Origin: Gemmatimonadota bacterium | GTDB taxonomy: Bacteria; Pseudomonadota; Gammaproteobacteria; Burkholderiales; Burkholderiaceae_F | Reading direction: 5' to 3' | Assembly: GCA_050258235.1 (NCBI GenBank) | Contig: JBLMYK010000329.1 | Coordinates: forward strand, 3,910-67,909 | DNA length: 64,000 bases | Shown: in pieces, positions 52,562 to 62,546 of the stretch | Numbering within the stretch: the first letter of the stretch is position 1 | How the letters are laid out: every line of letters starts with the position of its first letter | The notes under the pieces: model-generated | What the model saw: only the letters and a program-made list of their open reading frames with translations | Told to the model about the DNA's origin: nothing | The model's database searches: none | Made by a program: the position numbers and the translations under genes

Positions 52562-54928
52562 ATGTCCCGCGCTTTGAGGTACGGCTTCATCGGCGCGGTG
52601 GCGCTCGGCGGTGTGCTGCTGTTCCTGCTCGCCTCGGCGAGCAGCAACGTGCAGGCCTTCGAGCGTCACTATCCGCTGCTCCTCGCGATCAATGGCGCGG
52701 TCGCGCTGCTGCTGTTCGTGTTCGTGGTCGCGCTGGTGCTGCGACTGGTGCGTCGCTACCGCGCGCGCCGGTTCGGCGCGCGGCTGATGGCACGTTTCGC
52801 ACTGGCATTCGCACTGATGGGCGTGCTGCCGGGCGTGCTGATCTACGTGGTGTCGGTGCAGTTCCTGTCGCGCACCGTCGAGTCGTGGTTCAACGTGCGC
52901 GTCGACCGCGCGCTGGAATCCGGCCTGGCGCTCGGGCGAGCGGCGCTCGAGGCGCAGCTGGCCGACGTGACTTCGAAGGCGCGCGTGATCGCGCTCGAAC
53001 TGGCGGATGCGCCCGAATCGACGCAACTCGCCGTGCTCGACCGCGCGCGCGAGCGCGCGGGCATCCAGGAGGCGCTGCTGATGACAGCCACCGGGCAGGT
53101 CATCGGCACCGCCGGCGGCATGCCGACCGAGCTGGCGCCCGAACTGCCGTCGGCGGCGCAGATGCGGCAGGCGCGTCTGCAGCGCGGCTTCTCGGTGATC
53201 GAGGGCGATCCTCTGGCGACCGAGCCGCGGGCAGGACTGCGCACGCGCGTGATCATGCCGATTCCGTCCGGCGGCCCGGATTCGTCGCGCGCAATCGATT
53301 TCTCGCTCGGCGCCGGGATGTCGTCAGACCGGAGCGCGCGCGCACTGCTGCCGCGTACCGGCGAGCAGCGCTTCCTGCAGCTGATCCAGCGCGTCCCCGC
53401 CAGCGTTGCCGCCAATGCAGAGGGACTGCAGAGCGGCTATCGCGATTATCAGGAGCTGTCGCTTTCGCGTGTCGGGCTGCAGCGCATCTACACGGTTACG
53501 CTCACTCTGACCCTGCTGCTGGCGATGTTTGCCGCGATCGCTTCCGGGGTGCTGCTGGCGAGTTCGATGACGGCGCCGCTGCTGCAGGTCGCAGAAGGAA
53601 CCAAGGCAGTGGCCGAAGGGGACTTCCGACCGGTGCGCGAATTCGCCGGCAGCGATGAGCTGAACCTGCTGACGCAGTCTTTCAATGCGATGACGCGCCA
53701 GCTCGCCGAGGCGCGCGACGCGGTGGAGATGCGCTCGCGCGAACTCGAGAACGCGCGCGCGTTCCTCGAGCGCGTGCTGACCAACCTGTCGGCCGGCGTG
53801 CTGGTGCTCGACAAGGACTTCCGCCTCGTGACCGCGAACTATGGCGCCAGCCTGATCCTCGGTCTGCCGCTCGCCAGCCGGACCCGCGAGCGCCTCGATG
53901 CGCTGGTCCCGCACCTGGCCGAACAGATCGCCGCCGCATTCGGCGAGCAGGCGCTCGCCGCGGAGCCGAATGAGTCATGGCAGCGACAGGTGGAGGTTGC
54001 GCGGGCGCAGGCCGCCGGCGACAGCGAGCCGCTCGCGCTGCTGGTGCGGGGTTCGCCGCTGCCGCTCGACGACGGGCCCGGCTACGTCGTCGTCTTTGAC
54101 GACATCACGCAGGTGATTTCGGCGCAGCGCGCGGTGGCGTGGGGCGAGGTCGCGCGCCGCCTCGCGCACGAGATCAAGAATCCGCTGACGCCGATCCAGC
54201 TTGCCGCGGAGCGGCTGCAGATGAAGCTCGTCGACAAGCTGCCGCCGGAGCAGGCGAGCGTGCTGGTGCGCGGCGCGGCCACGATCGTCAGCCAGGTGGC
54301 TGCAATGAAGAGAATGGTCGACGATTTCCGCAAGTACGCCGCGGTGCCGCCGGCGAACCTGGTGCCGCTCGAACTGAATCCGCTGATCGAGGAGGTCGCG
54401 CAGCTGTACGACAGCGCAGCGGCGAGCAATGGTGGCGCCATCACGCTGCAGCTGGAAAGCGAGCTGCCGCGCATCGAGGCGGATGAAACGCAGTTGCGCC
54501 AGATCATCCACAACCTGATCGTCAACGCGCAGGATGCTTTGTCGATCGCGCCCGCGCAGCACCCGCCGCGGATCATCGTGCGCACCGAGACCGTGATGGT
54601 GCGCGAGCCGGGCGCAGCGCCGGCCGCGGCGGTGCGGCTGACGGTCGAGGATAACGGGCCGGGTTTCGCCGCGCATATACTTAAGCGCGCCTTCGAACCC
54701 TACGTGACGAGCAAACCGAACGGCACGGGCCTGGGTCTGGCAATGGTGAAGAAAATCGTGGATGAACACGGCGCGCGCGTCGAACTCGTCAACCGCACCG
54801 GCGGCAACGCCGGCGCATCGGTAATCATCGTGTTCCGCCGCCTCGCAGCGAGCGCCGACGCGCGCGGCACGAGTTCAGCGAAGGGCGCGGACGACGCCCA
54901 GCGGCGCGTCCATCTCGTCGGCAGGTGA
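52562..54928 (+). CDS. NtrY-like sensor histidine kinase (TM-HAMP-PAS-HisKA-HATPase)
   Basis: It has N-terminal TM helices, a HAMP region (APLLQVAEGTKAVAEGDF), the H-box LAHEIKNPLTPI, an N-box (IHNLIVNAQDA) and a G-box (GTGLGLAMV). Confidence 0.9.
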   Translation: MSRALRYGFIGAVALGGVLLFLLASASSNVQAFERHYPLLLAINGAVALLLFVFVVALVLRLVRRYRARRFGARLMARFALAFALMGVLPGVLIYVVSVQFLSRTVESWFNVRVDRALESGLALGRAALEAQLADVTSKARVIALELADAPESTQLAVLDRARERAGIQEALLMTATGQVIGTAGGMPTELAPELPSAAQMRQARLQRGFSVIEGDPLATEPRAGLRTRVIMPIPSGGPDSSRAIDFSLGAGMSSDRSARALLPRTGEQRFLQLIQRVPASVAANAEGLQSGYRDYQELSLSRVGLQRIYTVTLTLTLLLAMFAAIASGVLLASSMTAPLLQVAEGTKAVAEGDFRPVREFAGSDELNLLTQSFNAMTRQLAEARDAVEMRSRELENARAFLERVLTNLSAGVLVLDKDFRLVTANYGASLILGLPLASRTRERLDALVPHLAEQIAAAFGEQALAAEPNESWQRQVEVARAQAAGDSEPLALLVRGSPLPLDDGPGYVVVFDDITQVISAQRAVAWGEVARRLAHEIKNPLTPIQLAAERLQMKLVDKLPPEQASVLVRGAATIVSQVAAMKRMVDDFRKYAAVPPANLVPLELNPLIEEVAQLYDSAAASNGGAITLQLESELPRIEADETQLRQIIHNLIVNAQDALSIAPAQHPPRIIVRTETVMVREPGAAPAAAVRLTVEDNGPGFAAHILKRAFEPYVTSKPNGTGLGLAMVKKIVDEHGARVELVNRTGGNAGASVIIVFRRLAASADARGTSSAKGADDAQRRVHLVGR

Positions 54929-54929
54929 T

Positions 54930-55727
54930 ATGGCAAACATCCTCGTCGTCGACGACGAAGTCGGCATTCGCGAACTGCTGTCGGAAATCCTGTCCGACGA
55001 AGGGCATGTGGTGTTCACCGCCGAAAACGCGTCGGTGGCACGCGCGGTGCGGCTATCCGAGGCGCTCGACCTGGTCCTGCTCGACATCTGGATGCCCGAC
55101 ACGGACGGCGTGACGCTGCTGAAGGAGTGGGCCTCGGGCGGGCAGTTGACGATGCCGGTCATCATGATGTCCGGCCACGCCACCATCGACACTGCGGTGG
55201 AGGCGACCCGATTCGGCGCGCTCGATTTCCTCGAGAAGCCGATCGCGCTGACACGTCTGCTGACGGCAGTGAAGGGCGGAATCGAGCGCGGCCGCCTGAT
55301 GCGCAATCTGCGCGCGAGCGTGGCGGTGCCGGTCCAGGCGCAACACGTCGAACCGCCCGTCGAGCCGGCCGCCGCGGCGCCGGCCGCGCCGGTCGAGCGC
55401 GGCCAGGTCCGCACCACGACCGCGGCTCCCGGGCAGACCATCGTGAACGCGTCGACGGTCAGCCTCGACCAGCCGCTGCGGGAGGCGCGCGATCACTTCG
55501 AGCGGGTTTACTTCGAGTACCACCTCGAGCGCGAGCGCTACAGCATGACGCGGGTGGCCGACCGTGCGGGCCTGGAGCGCACCCACCTGTATCGCAAGCT
55601 GAAGCAGCTCGGCATCGAGCTTGCGCGCGGAAATCGGCGCACCGACCGCTCCGGCGCTGCTGCGCTCGCCGGCCACGAGCCGACCGATACGCCGGCGGAT
55701 ACCACCTCCGGTCGTGAGCTGGGGTAG
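54930..55727 (+). CDS. response regulator: receiver plus Fis-type HTH, no AAA+ module
   Basis: Receiver motifs are ILVVDDE, LVLLDIWMPDTDG, MSGHAT and FLEKP. A Pro/Ala-rich linker follows, then a C-terminal HTH (RVADRAGLERTHLYRKLKQLGI). At 265 aa it is too short to include a sigma54-activator domain. Confidence 0.9.
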   Translation: MANILVVDDEVGIRELLSEILSDEGHVVFTAENASVARAVRLSEALDLVLLDIWMPDTDGVTLLKEWASGGQLTMPVIMMSGHATIDTAVEATRFGALDFLEKPIALTRLLTAVKGGIERGRLMRNLRASVAVPVQAQHVEPPVEPAAAAPAAPVERGQVRTTTAAPGQTIVNASTVSLDQPLREARDHFERVYFEYHLERERYSMTRVADRAGLERTHLYRKLKQLGIELARGNRRTDRSGAAALAGHEPTDTPADTTSGRELG

Positions 55728-55757
55728 GCGCGCCGCCCGGCAATCGCGCGGCCAACC

Positions 55758-57170
55758 GTGAAGATCATCGTCCTGGGCGCCGGGCGGGTGGGCAGCTCGG
55801 TTGCCGAGAGCCTGGTGTCGGAAGCCAACGACATCACGGTCATCGACACCGACCGCGCGCGCGTCGCCGACCTGCAGCAGCGCTTTGATCTGCGCGGCCT
55901 GGTCGGCAACGCGACGCTGCCGTCGATGCTGGGCGAAGCCGGTGCGGCCGACGCGGACATGCTGATCGCCGTGACGTCGACCGACGAGACCAATCTGGTC
56001 GCATGCAAGATCGCGGCCGACCTGTTCAACGTGCCGACGCGCATCGCGCGGGTGCGCAACGTCGAACTGCAGCAGCACCCGAAGCTGACGGGCGAACAGG
56101 GATTCCGCGCCACGCACATCATCTGGCCCGAGCAGAGCGTCACCGACTACATCCTGAAGCTGGTCGAGTTCCCCGAGGCACTGCAGGTGCTGGAGTTCGC
56201 GGAGGGACTCGTGTCGCTGATCGCGGTGCGGGCGGTGGCGGGCGGCCCGCTGGTGTCGCGGCCGATCCAGGACCTGCGCCGGCACATTCCGGACGTGGAC
56301 ACCCGCATCGTCGCGATATTCCGCAAGGATCGCGCGATCCAGTGCGAAGGCGAGACCATGATCCAGCCCGGCGACGAGGTGTTCTTCCTGTCCGCGTCGA
56401 AGGACATCCGCACCGTGATGGGCGAACTGCGGCGGATGGACAAGCCGGTCCGGCGCGTGATGATCGCCGGCGGCGGCAACATCGGCCTGCGGCTGGCGCG
56501 CGCGCTCGATACCGGCGAGGGCATCGACGGCGGCGCGCGCTTCAACGTCAAGGTGATCGAGTTCAACAAGCGCCGCTGCGAGCGTCTGGCGGGTGAGCTG
56601 TCGTCGCGCGTGCTGGTGCTCAACGGCGACGCCACCGACGAGGATCTGCTGCAGGACGAAGGGGTGGGCGAAACCGATCTGTTCGTCGCGCTGACCAATG
56701 ACGACGAGAACAACATCATGAGCGCGCTGCTCGCCAGGCGGCTCGGCGCGCGCCGCACCATCGCGCTGATCAACCGCAAGAGCTACGGCGAACTGATGCA
56801 GGGCGGGCAGATCGACATCGCGATCTCGCCCAGTCATGCCACCTTATCGGCGCTGCTCAGGCATGTCCGGCGCGGCGATGTCGTCGCCGCGCACAGCCTG
56901 CGGCGCGGCGCCGCGGAGGCGCTGGAGATCATCGCCCACGGCGACGCGAAGAGCTCGCGCGTGATCGGTCGCCGGATCGACGGCATCGAACTGCCGAAGG
57001 GAGCGACGATCGGCGCCGTGGTACGCGGACCGGGCGATGGCGCGCGCGTGCTGATCGCGCACCATGACACCACGATCGAATCGGGCGATCACCTGATCGT
57101 CTTCGTTGCCAACAAGCGCATGATCCAGCGCGTCGAAAAGCTGTTCGCGGTCGGCGTGGGATTCTTCTGA
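55758..57170 (+). CDS. trkA: Trk potassium uptake system NAD-binding subunit
   Basis: The start is GTG. There are two Rossmann motifs (VLGAGRVGSSV and IAGGGNIGLRL). The protein is 470 aa. Confidence 0.95.
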   Translation: MKIIVLGAGRVGSSVAESLVSEANDITVIDTDRARVADLQQRFDLRGLVGNATLPSMLGEAGAADADMLIAVTSTDETNLVACKIAADLFNVPTRIARVRNVELQQHPKLTGEQGFRATHIIWPEQSVTDYILKLVEFPEALQVLEFAEGLVSLIAVRAVAGGPLVSRPIQDLRRHIPDVDTRIVAIFRKDRAIQCEGETMIQPGDEVFFLSASKDIRTVMGELRRMDKPVRRVMIAGGGNIGLRLARALDTGEGIDGGARFNVKVIEFNKRRCERLAGELSSRVLVLNGDATDEDLLQDEGVGETDLFVALTNDDENNIMSALLARRLGARRTIALINRKSYGELMQGGQIDIAISPSHATLSALLRHVRRGDVVAAHSLRRGAAEALEIIAHGDAKSSRVIGRRIDGIELPKGATIGAVVRGPGDGARVLIAHHDTTIESGDHLIVFVANKRMIQRVEKLFAVGVGFF

Positions 57171-57217
57171 ACGCGGCCGCACGCGGCGGCCGCTTCGCCC
57201 TACGCAGCGCCGGCGGA

Positions 57218-57508
57218 TCAGTTGCCGCCGATGTACAGATTCGACAGCAGCGCGCGCACGCCGCCCTTGGTCATCATGTGGTTCTTGACCATCATCGAAT
57301 CGTTCGCCATCTTCGCCATCGATTTGTCGTACATCTGACCCATCGCGTTGACGAACTCCTGCCTCGTCACCATGCCGTCGTGGTTCTGGTCCGCCATCTT
57401 GATGAAGTCGTCGACGCGGATCTGCATCGCGCCCTGTGCATAGGCGGGCGCGGTCGAGATCAGCGTGGCCAGGGTGATTGCCGAAGCGGCAAGCATTCGC
57501 AGTTTCAT
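57218..57508 (-). CDS. small secreted EF-hand protein with Met-rich tail
   Basis: The start is at MKLRMLAASAITLATLISTAPAYA|QG, with AGGAGAAC upstream. It has a canonical 12-residue loop DQNHDGMVTRQE followed by the Met-rich segment MGQMYDKSMAKMANDSMMVKNHMM. Confidence 0.75.
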   Translation of the reverse strand: MKLRMLAASAITLATLISTAPAYAQGAMQIRVDDFIKMADQNHDGMVTRQEFVNAMGQMYDKSMAKMANDSMMVKNHMMTKGGVRALLSNLYIGGN

Positions 57509-57722
57509 GAAAGTTCTCCTGTTCAGTGGGTGGTTTGACCGATGCGGGGCGGGCCTCGCACCGAACCGGTTTGCCTGTTTCCAGACCGTCGCGGCGTCGC
57601 GGTTCGGCCGATTCGTCGCAGAAGCGGTGCAAACCCTTACACCGGCCGTCCCGGCATGACCTGCCTGCACGGCGGGTCGCCGCCGGCAGCGCATAATCCG
57701 CGCCGACCGCACCGCTCGCCGC

Positions 57723-59192
57723 ATGATTGCAATCGCGTTCTCGCTGTTTCCGGTTCTGAATGTGCTCGGCGTGGTGGTCGCGATCTTCGCGGCGTCGATG
57801 CTCGCGCCGCTGCTGGTGGCGCTCATCGGCGGCGACGCCGCGCTGTCCGCCTACGACGAGGCGTTCGTGATCACGCTCGGCGCGGGCGCGCTTCTGTGGT
57901 TTGCCACGCGCCGCTTCAAGCGCGAACTGCAGCCGCGCGACGGTTTCCTGCTGGTGACGCTGGTGTGGACTGTGGTTCCCGCGTTCGCCACGCTGCCGCT
58001 GCTGTTCCATCTGCCCGGTTTGTCGTTCACCGACGCCTACTTCGAGACCATGTCGGGACTGACGACCACCGGCTCGACCGTGCTGTCCGGGCTGGACTCG
58101 CTGCCGCTGTCGATCAACATCTGGCGCCACCTGCTGGTGTGGATCGGCGGCATGGGCGTGATCGTGCTGGTGGTGGCGATCCTGCCGCTGCTCGGTGTCG
58201 GCGGCAGCCAGATCTACAAGGCGGAAACGGCCGGGCCTCTGAAGGAAGCGAAGCTCACGCCGCGCATCGCCGAGACCGCCAAGGGCCTTTACGCGATCTA
58301 TGTCGCGATATCGGGCGCCTGCATGCTCGCCTACCGGCTGGCGGGAATGTCGTGGCCCGACGCGTTCATGCACATGTGCTCGACGATGGGTCTGGGCGGT
58401 TTCTCCTCGCACGACGCGAGTTTCGGCTACTGGAACTCGCCGCTGATCGAGTACACGTCGGTCGTCTTCATGCTGATCGCCGGCTTCAATTTCTCGATGC
58501 ATTTCCTCGCCTGGCGGCGGCGATCGCTCGCCGTCTACTGGCGCGACCCGGAGGGCAAGGCGTTCGTCAGCGTGACGCTCGCCGCCGCGCTGCTGATCGC
58601 GCTGTTCCTGCTGCTGCGCGGCCAGTACGCCGACTTCTGGACCGCGTGGCGCTTCGCGCTGTTCAACACGGTGTCGATCGCAACGACGACCGGCTACTCC
58701 AGCACCGACTACGGCCAGTGGCCCATCTTCGCGCCGGCGCTGATGCTGTTCCTGTGCTGCTTCGCGACCTGTGCCGGATCGACCGGCGGCGGCATCAAGA
58801 TGGTGCGCGCAATCATGCTGGTCAAGCAGGCGAAACGCGAATTCGCGCGCATCCTGCATCCACGCATCGTCAACCCCGTGCACATCGGCGGCCAGGTGAT
58901 CGAGAACAACGTCATCTTCGCCGTGCTCGCCTTCATGCTGATCTACGGCGGCGCGCTCGTCGCGGGCTCGCTGCTGATGATGGCCGCCGGGCTCGATCCG
59001 GTCACGTCGCTGACCGCCATCGTGGCGTGCCTGAACAACACCGGCCCCGGACTGAACCGGGTCGGACCGGCGACGACCTACGCCGCGCTGACCGATTTCG
59101 AGACCTGGGTGTGCACGTTCGCCATGCTGCTCGGCCGCCTGGAACTGATGTCGGTGCTCGTGCTGTTCACTCCGGCCTTCTGGCGCAAATGA
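57723..59192 (+). CDS. trkH: Trk potassium uptake system membrane subunit
   Basis: 489 aa and polytopic, with TrkH-like selectivity segments (TTTGST, MGLGGFS, ATTTGYS, GSTGGGIK). Confidence 0.95.
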   Translation: MIAIAFSLFPVLNVLGVVVAIFAASMLAPLLVALIGGDAALSAYDEAFVITLGAGALLWFATRRFKRELQPRDGFLLVTLVWTVVPAFATLPLLFHLPGLSFTDAYFETMSGLTTTGSTVLSGLDSLPLSINIWRHLLVWIGGMGVIVLVVAILPLLGVGGSQIYKAETAGPLKEAKLTPRIAETAKGLYAIYVAISGACMLAYRLAGMSWPDAFMHMCSTMGLGGFSSHDASFGYWNSPLIEYTSVVFMLIAGFNFSMHFLAWRRRSLAVYWRDPEGKAFVSVTLAAALLIALFLLLRGQYADFWTAWRFALFNTVSIATTTGYSSTDYGQWPIFAPALMLFLCCFATCAGSTGGGIKMVRAIMLVKQAKREFARILHPRIVNPVHIGGQVIENNVIFAVLAFMLIYGGALVAGSLLMMAAGLDPVTSLTAIVACLNNTGPGLNRVGPATTYAALTDFETWVCTFAMLLGRLELMSVLVLFTPAFWRK

Positions 59193-59569
59193 GGGCGCTG
59201 GCATCGATCCGCGTCGCCCATGACGCCCTTGCGCGGCAGGCGGCGGTGAGCGCTTGGCTGGCAGCGGCGACGGGTCTAGGCTTCGACGAGAGCGACCGCG
59301 TGGCCGTGATTGTCGAAGGCGTGTTCGCGGACTTCACCGTGCCGGAGCGCGTGGTCGTCGAGCGGATCGCCGGGTGTCCGTGCTGCGTGGGGCAGGTGGC
59401 GCTGCGCGTCGCCGTCACGCGTCTTCTGCGACGGCATCGCCCGCAGCGCCTGCTGCTGTTACTGTCGAGCGCGGACCACGCCGAACGCGTGCGGCACCTG
59501 CTCGGCGACGGAGACCTTGCGGCTGCGGTGCGGCTGGTGGATTCGAAACATGCGTCGGATTCGCGTTAA
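59189..59569 (+). CDS. small protein resembling a P-loop-less CobW/G3E GTPase core (CxCC motif)
   Basis: ATG 59189 overlaps the trkH stop (ATGA). The protein is 126 aa and reads ...RVAVIVEGVFADF...IAGCPCCVGQVALRVAVTRLLRRHRPQRLLLLLSSADH... This parallels the CobW segment AVIVNEFGE...NGCICC...LL.RR...D.LLIE..G.ADP. No Walker A motif is seen. Confidence 0.6.
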   Translation: MRALASIRVAHDALARQAAVSAWLAAATGLGFDESDRVAVIVEGVFADFTVPERVVVERIAGCPCCVGQVALRVAVTRLLRRHRPQRLLLLLSSADHAERVRHLLGDGDLAAAVRLVDSKHASDSR

Positions 59570-60353
59570 CGGGATAGACATCCACTACCGGATCGACGGT
59601 GATGGCGCGGCGACGCGGCCGTGGATCGTCTTCAGCCATTCGCTCGCCTGCGATCACACGCTGTGGGATCTGCAGGCGGAGGCATTCAGCCGCGCGCTGA
59701 ACGTGTTGCGCTACGACATCCGCGGCCACGGCGGATCGAGTGCGCCGGCGGGCAGCTACACGATGGAGCAGCTGGCCGACGACCTGAAGGGCCTGCTCGA
59801 TGGCCTGAAGATCGGGCACTGCCATTTCGTCGGCATCTCGCTGGGTGGAATGATCGGCCAGCTGGCCACGCTGCGCTGGCCGTCGCGGTTCGCATCGTTG
59901 ACACTCGCCGACACGACCAGCCGATATGCTCCCGAGGCACGCGGGATATGGGAGCAGCGGATCGCCGCCGTGATGACCCCGCAGGGAATGAACGCAGTGG
60001 TTCCCGTAACGCTCGAGCGCTGGTTCACCGCCGGCTTCCGCCAGATGCGCCCTGACGTCACGGCGAAGATCGGCGCGCTGATCCGCACCACGCCGGTGAA
60101 CGGTTACGTGGGTTGCGCACGTGCGATCGCCCAGTTGAACCTGACCGCGCGACTGGATGCGATCGCCTGCCCGACACTCGTGATCGTCGGCGATGACGAT
60201 CACAGCACGCCCCTGTCGATGGCCGAGGAAATCGTGCGCGCCATTCCCGATGCCCGGCTGGAACGCATCCCGAACGCGTCGCACCTGACCTGTGTCGAAC
60301 AGCCGGATCGGTTCAACGCGGCGCTGCGCAAATTCCTGCTGCGCACGGCCTGA
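59550..60353 (+). CDS. alpha/beta-fold hydrolase (3-oxoadipate enol-lactonase-like)
   Basis: The start is at MRRIRVNGIDIHYRIDG. It has the nucleophile elbow GISLGG, then VGDDD and ASHL. It overlaps the previous gene by 20 nt. The 347-aa track ORF is over-extended. Confidence 0.88.
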   Translation: MRRIRVNGIDIHYRIDGDGAATRPWIVFSHSLACDHTLWDLQAEAFSRALNVLRYDIRGHGGSSAPAGSYTMEQLADDLKGLLDGLKIGHCHFVGISLGGMIGQLATLRWPSRFASLTLADTTSRYAPEARGIWEQRIAAVMTPQGMNAVVPVTLERWFTAGFRQMRPDVTAKIGALIRTTPVNGYVGCARAIAQLNLTARLDAIACPTLVIVGDDDHSTPLSMAEEIVRAIPDARLERIPNASHLTCVEQPDRFNAALRKFLLRTA

Positions 60354-60459
60354 CCCGCCGGGCCGGCCCTGCCGGGGCTTGAGAAATCCCGCCCGGGACC
60401 GATATTCGTATCAGAGCGATTCAGTCCACCGGGTGGTCGGCGGACGCGTTAAGGAACAT

Positions 60460-60717
60460 ATGAACACGATCTACAACAGCCAGCACTTTTGCGTGATCGA
60501 GTTTCCATCGTCGAGCGAGGGTGGGGACAGGGCGGCGGGCGGCTTCGAGATCATGGACAAGCACATGCGGCGCGAGATCTTTCTCGGCGGCAAGGATGCC
60601 GAGCAGTTCCGCCTGAGCGTGCAGAAACTGATTTCCAGCGAGCCGTCTGCGGACGACGTCGACGACTTCCTCGCCGGCTACAGCGGACTGATGACCACGC
60701 CGCTGACGCTGCATTAA
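60460..60717 (+). CDS. DUF3567-family small protein
   Basis: ATG 60460 follows AAGGAA. The 85-aa product reads MNTIYNSQHFCVIEF...GFEIMDKHMRREIFLGG. Confidence 0.75.
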   Translation: MNTIYNSQHFCVIEFPSSSEGGDRAAGGFEIMDKHMRREIFLGGKDAEQFRLSVQKLISSEPSADDVDDFLAGYSGLMTTPLTLH

Positions 60718-60732
60718 GACGGCCGGCGGCGG

Positions 60733-62013
60733 TCACGCCGTCTGCCTGGCGTTCGTCTCACGGGTCAGCAGCAACAGCACGAACGCCACTGCCATCCAGG
60801 CGAACAGGAAAGTCAAAGCAGGCCGGAACGCGCTTAAGTCGTACTGACGGACGCCGTCGACGATCGCGCCGTTCCAGTGCGCGTCAAGGATCAGCCCGAT
60901 CACCGGCATCTGGATCAGCGTGCCGAGCATGACGCCGGCGTTGGCCACCCCGGTGGCCGCGCCCTGCAACTGTGCCGGCACGGATTCCTTCACGTACGCG
61001 AACGACAGAGCCATCGATGAGGTGCCGAAGCTCGCCGCGAGCAGCGCCGGCACCAGCAGCCAAAGCGATGCGTCCGGAAACAGCGCGAGCGCGGCGAAGC
61101 CCGCGACCAGCATCGCGCTGCCGAGCGCGAATGGCCGCTTGCGCCGCTGCCAGCGGTCGGAAAGATGTCCGAAGGCCGGCGCGCCGAGCGCGAACAGCAC
61201 CAGCATGGCCGACGTGATCGTCGAGGCCTCCTTGACGCTGAGCGCGTGCTGCTGCACGAAGAACGGCACGCCCCACAGACCGGTGAACGCCAGGAACGCG
61301 CCGCACGTGCCCGAATTCACGATCGCCAGCAGCCAGGTGTTGCGGCGGCGGGCCACATCCATCAGGCCGGCCAGGACCGGCGTGCTGGCGGCCGCGTGAA
61401 TGCGCGCGCCGGCGGGGGCGAAGCTGCGGTAGTTCCGATCGAGCGGATCGTCGCGCATGAAAAGCTTGATCGCCACCGAAAGGGCGAGCACCAGCACGCT
61501 GGACACGGCGATCACCGCGCGCCAGCCGAATGCATCCGCCAGCGCGCGCAGCGGCGGACCTGCCAGGATCGCGCCCAGTGTTCCGATCGCGAGCGAAAGC
61601 CCGGACAGCATGCCGAAGCGGCGCGGGGCGAACCAGTGCGTGACCAGCTTCAGCATCGACACCCACGCCATTCCATGTGCAGCGCCGATCAGGGCGCGGC
61701 CGAGTCCCGCGAGCGCCACGCTGCCGCTCAGCGCGAACAGCAGCGATCCGGCGCCGGCCAGCGCGCTGCCGGCGACGAACAGCCGCGCGGGACCGAAGCG
61801 GTCGACCAGAAGCCCGGTCGGGATCTGCATCGCCGCGTACGCGTAGTAATAGAACGCGGAGAGATTGCCGAGCGCTGCCGCGGACAGATGGAAATCGCGC
61901 ATCAGGTCCGCCGCCAGCGAGGCCGGCGTGATGCGCTGGAAGAATCCGAACAGGTAGAAGGCCGCGGCGAGCGACCAGGTGAAGTAGCTCAGCCGCGCGG
62001 GCGGTTCACGCAT
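60733..62013 (-). CDS. MFS transporter
   Basis: 426 aa with 12-TM hydrophobicity and the MFS loop motif GLLVDRFGPAR. Confidence 0.9.
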   Translation of the reverse strand: MREPPARLSYFTWSLAAAFYLFGFFQRITPASLAADLMRDFHLSAAALGNLSAFYYYAYAAMQIPTGLLVDRFGPARLFVAGSALAGAGSLLFALSGSVALAGLGRALIGAAHGMAWVSMLKLVTHWFAPRRFGMLSGLSLAIGTLGAILAGPPLRALADAFGWRAVIAVSSVLVLALSVAIKLFMRDDPLDRNYRSFAPAGARIHAAASTPVLAGLMDVARRRNTWLLAIVNSGTCGAFLAFTGLWGVPFFVQQHALSVKEASTITSAMLVLFALGAPAFGHLSDRWQRRKRPFALGSAMLVAGFAALALFPDASLWLLVPALLAASFGTSSMALSFAYVKESVPAQLQGAATGVANAGVMLGTLIQMPVIGLILDAHWNGAIVDGVRQYDLSAFRPALTFLFAWMAVAFVLLLLTRETNARQTA

Positions 62014-62047
62014 GGCGCGCAGTCCGCTCGGTCAACGCCGCACCCGC

Positions 62048-62440
62048 TCACAGTTGCTGCCACGGCAGTCCCGCCACGCGCCAGCCGCTCAGCGTGCTGC
62101 GATGGTGATCGCGATCCAGGTCGCCTTCGAACCCTTCGAGCACGTTGGTGACGTCCGTGAAACCGGCCGCCTCGAGCGCCGCGCCCGCTTCCAGCGTGCG
62201 CCGGCCCGAGCGGCAGATCAGCAGGATCGGCCGATTGCGGTCGCCGGCGGCCTCCTTCATCACGCCCTCGACGAAGCGCGGGTTGTGCGCGAAATCCGGC
62301 GCCGTCTGCCACTCGACGTTGATCGCACCGATCGGGTGGCCGACGTAGTAGTACTCGAACTCGGTGCGGCAGTCGATCAGCAGCGCGTTCGGGTTGCTCT
62401 GCAGTTTCTCGTAGGCCTCGCGTGGCTTGGCGTTCTTCAC
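62048..62440 (-). CDS. single-domain rhodanese-like protein
   Basis: 130 aa with [12 protein letters not shown] and active-site loop [10 protein letters not shown]. Confidence 0.88.
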   Translation of the reverse strand: MKNAKPREAYEKLQSNPNALLIDCRTEFEYYYVGHPIGAINVEWQTAPDFAHNPRFVEGVMKEAAGDRNRPILLICRSGRRTLEAGAALEAAGFTDVTNVLEGFEGDLDRDHHRSTLSGWRVAGLPWQQL

Positions 62441-62546
62441 GGTTGCGGCTCCGAAGCAGGCGGGGATGTCATTATCCGCGCGACGCGGTGCGGCACTCCC
62501 CTACAATGGCGCCCTCAAGGACCCGCGATCTACACGCGCCCCTCCG

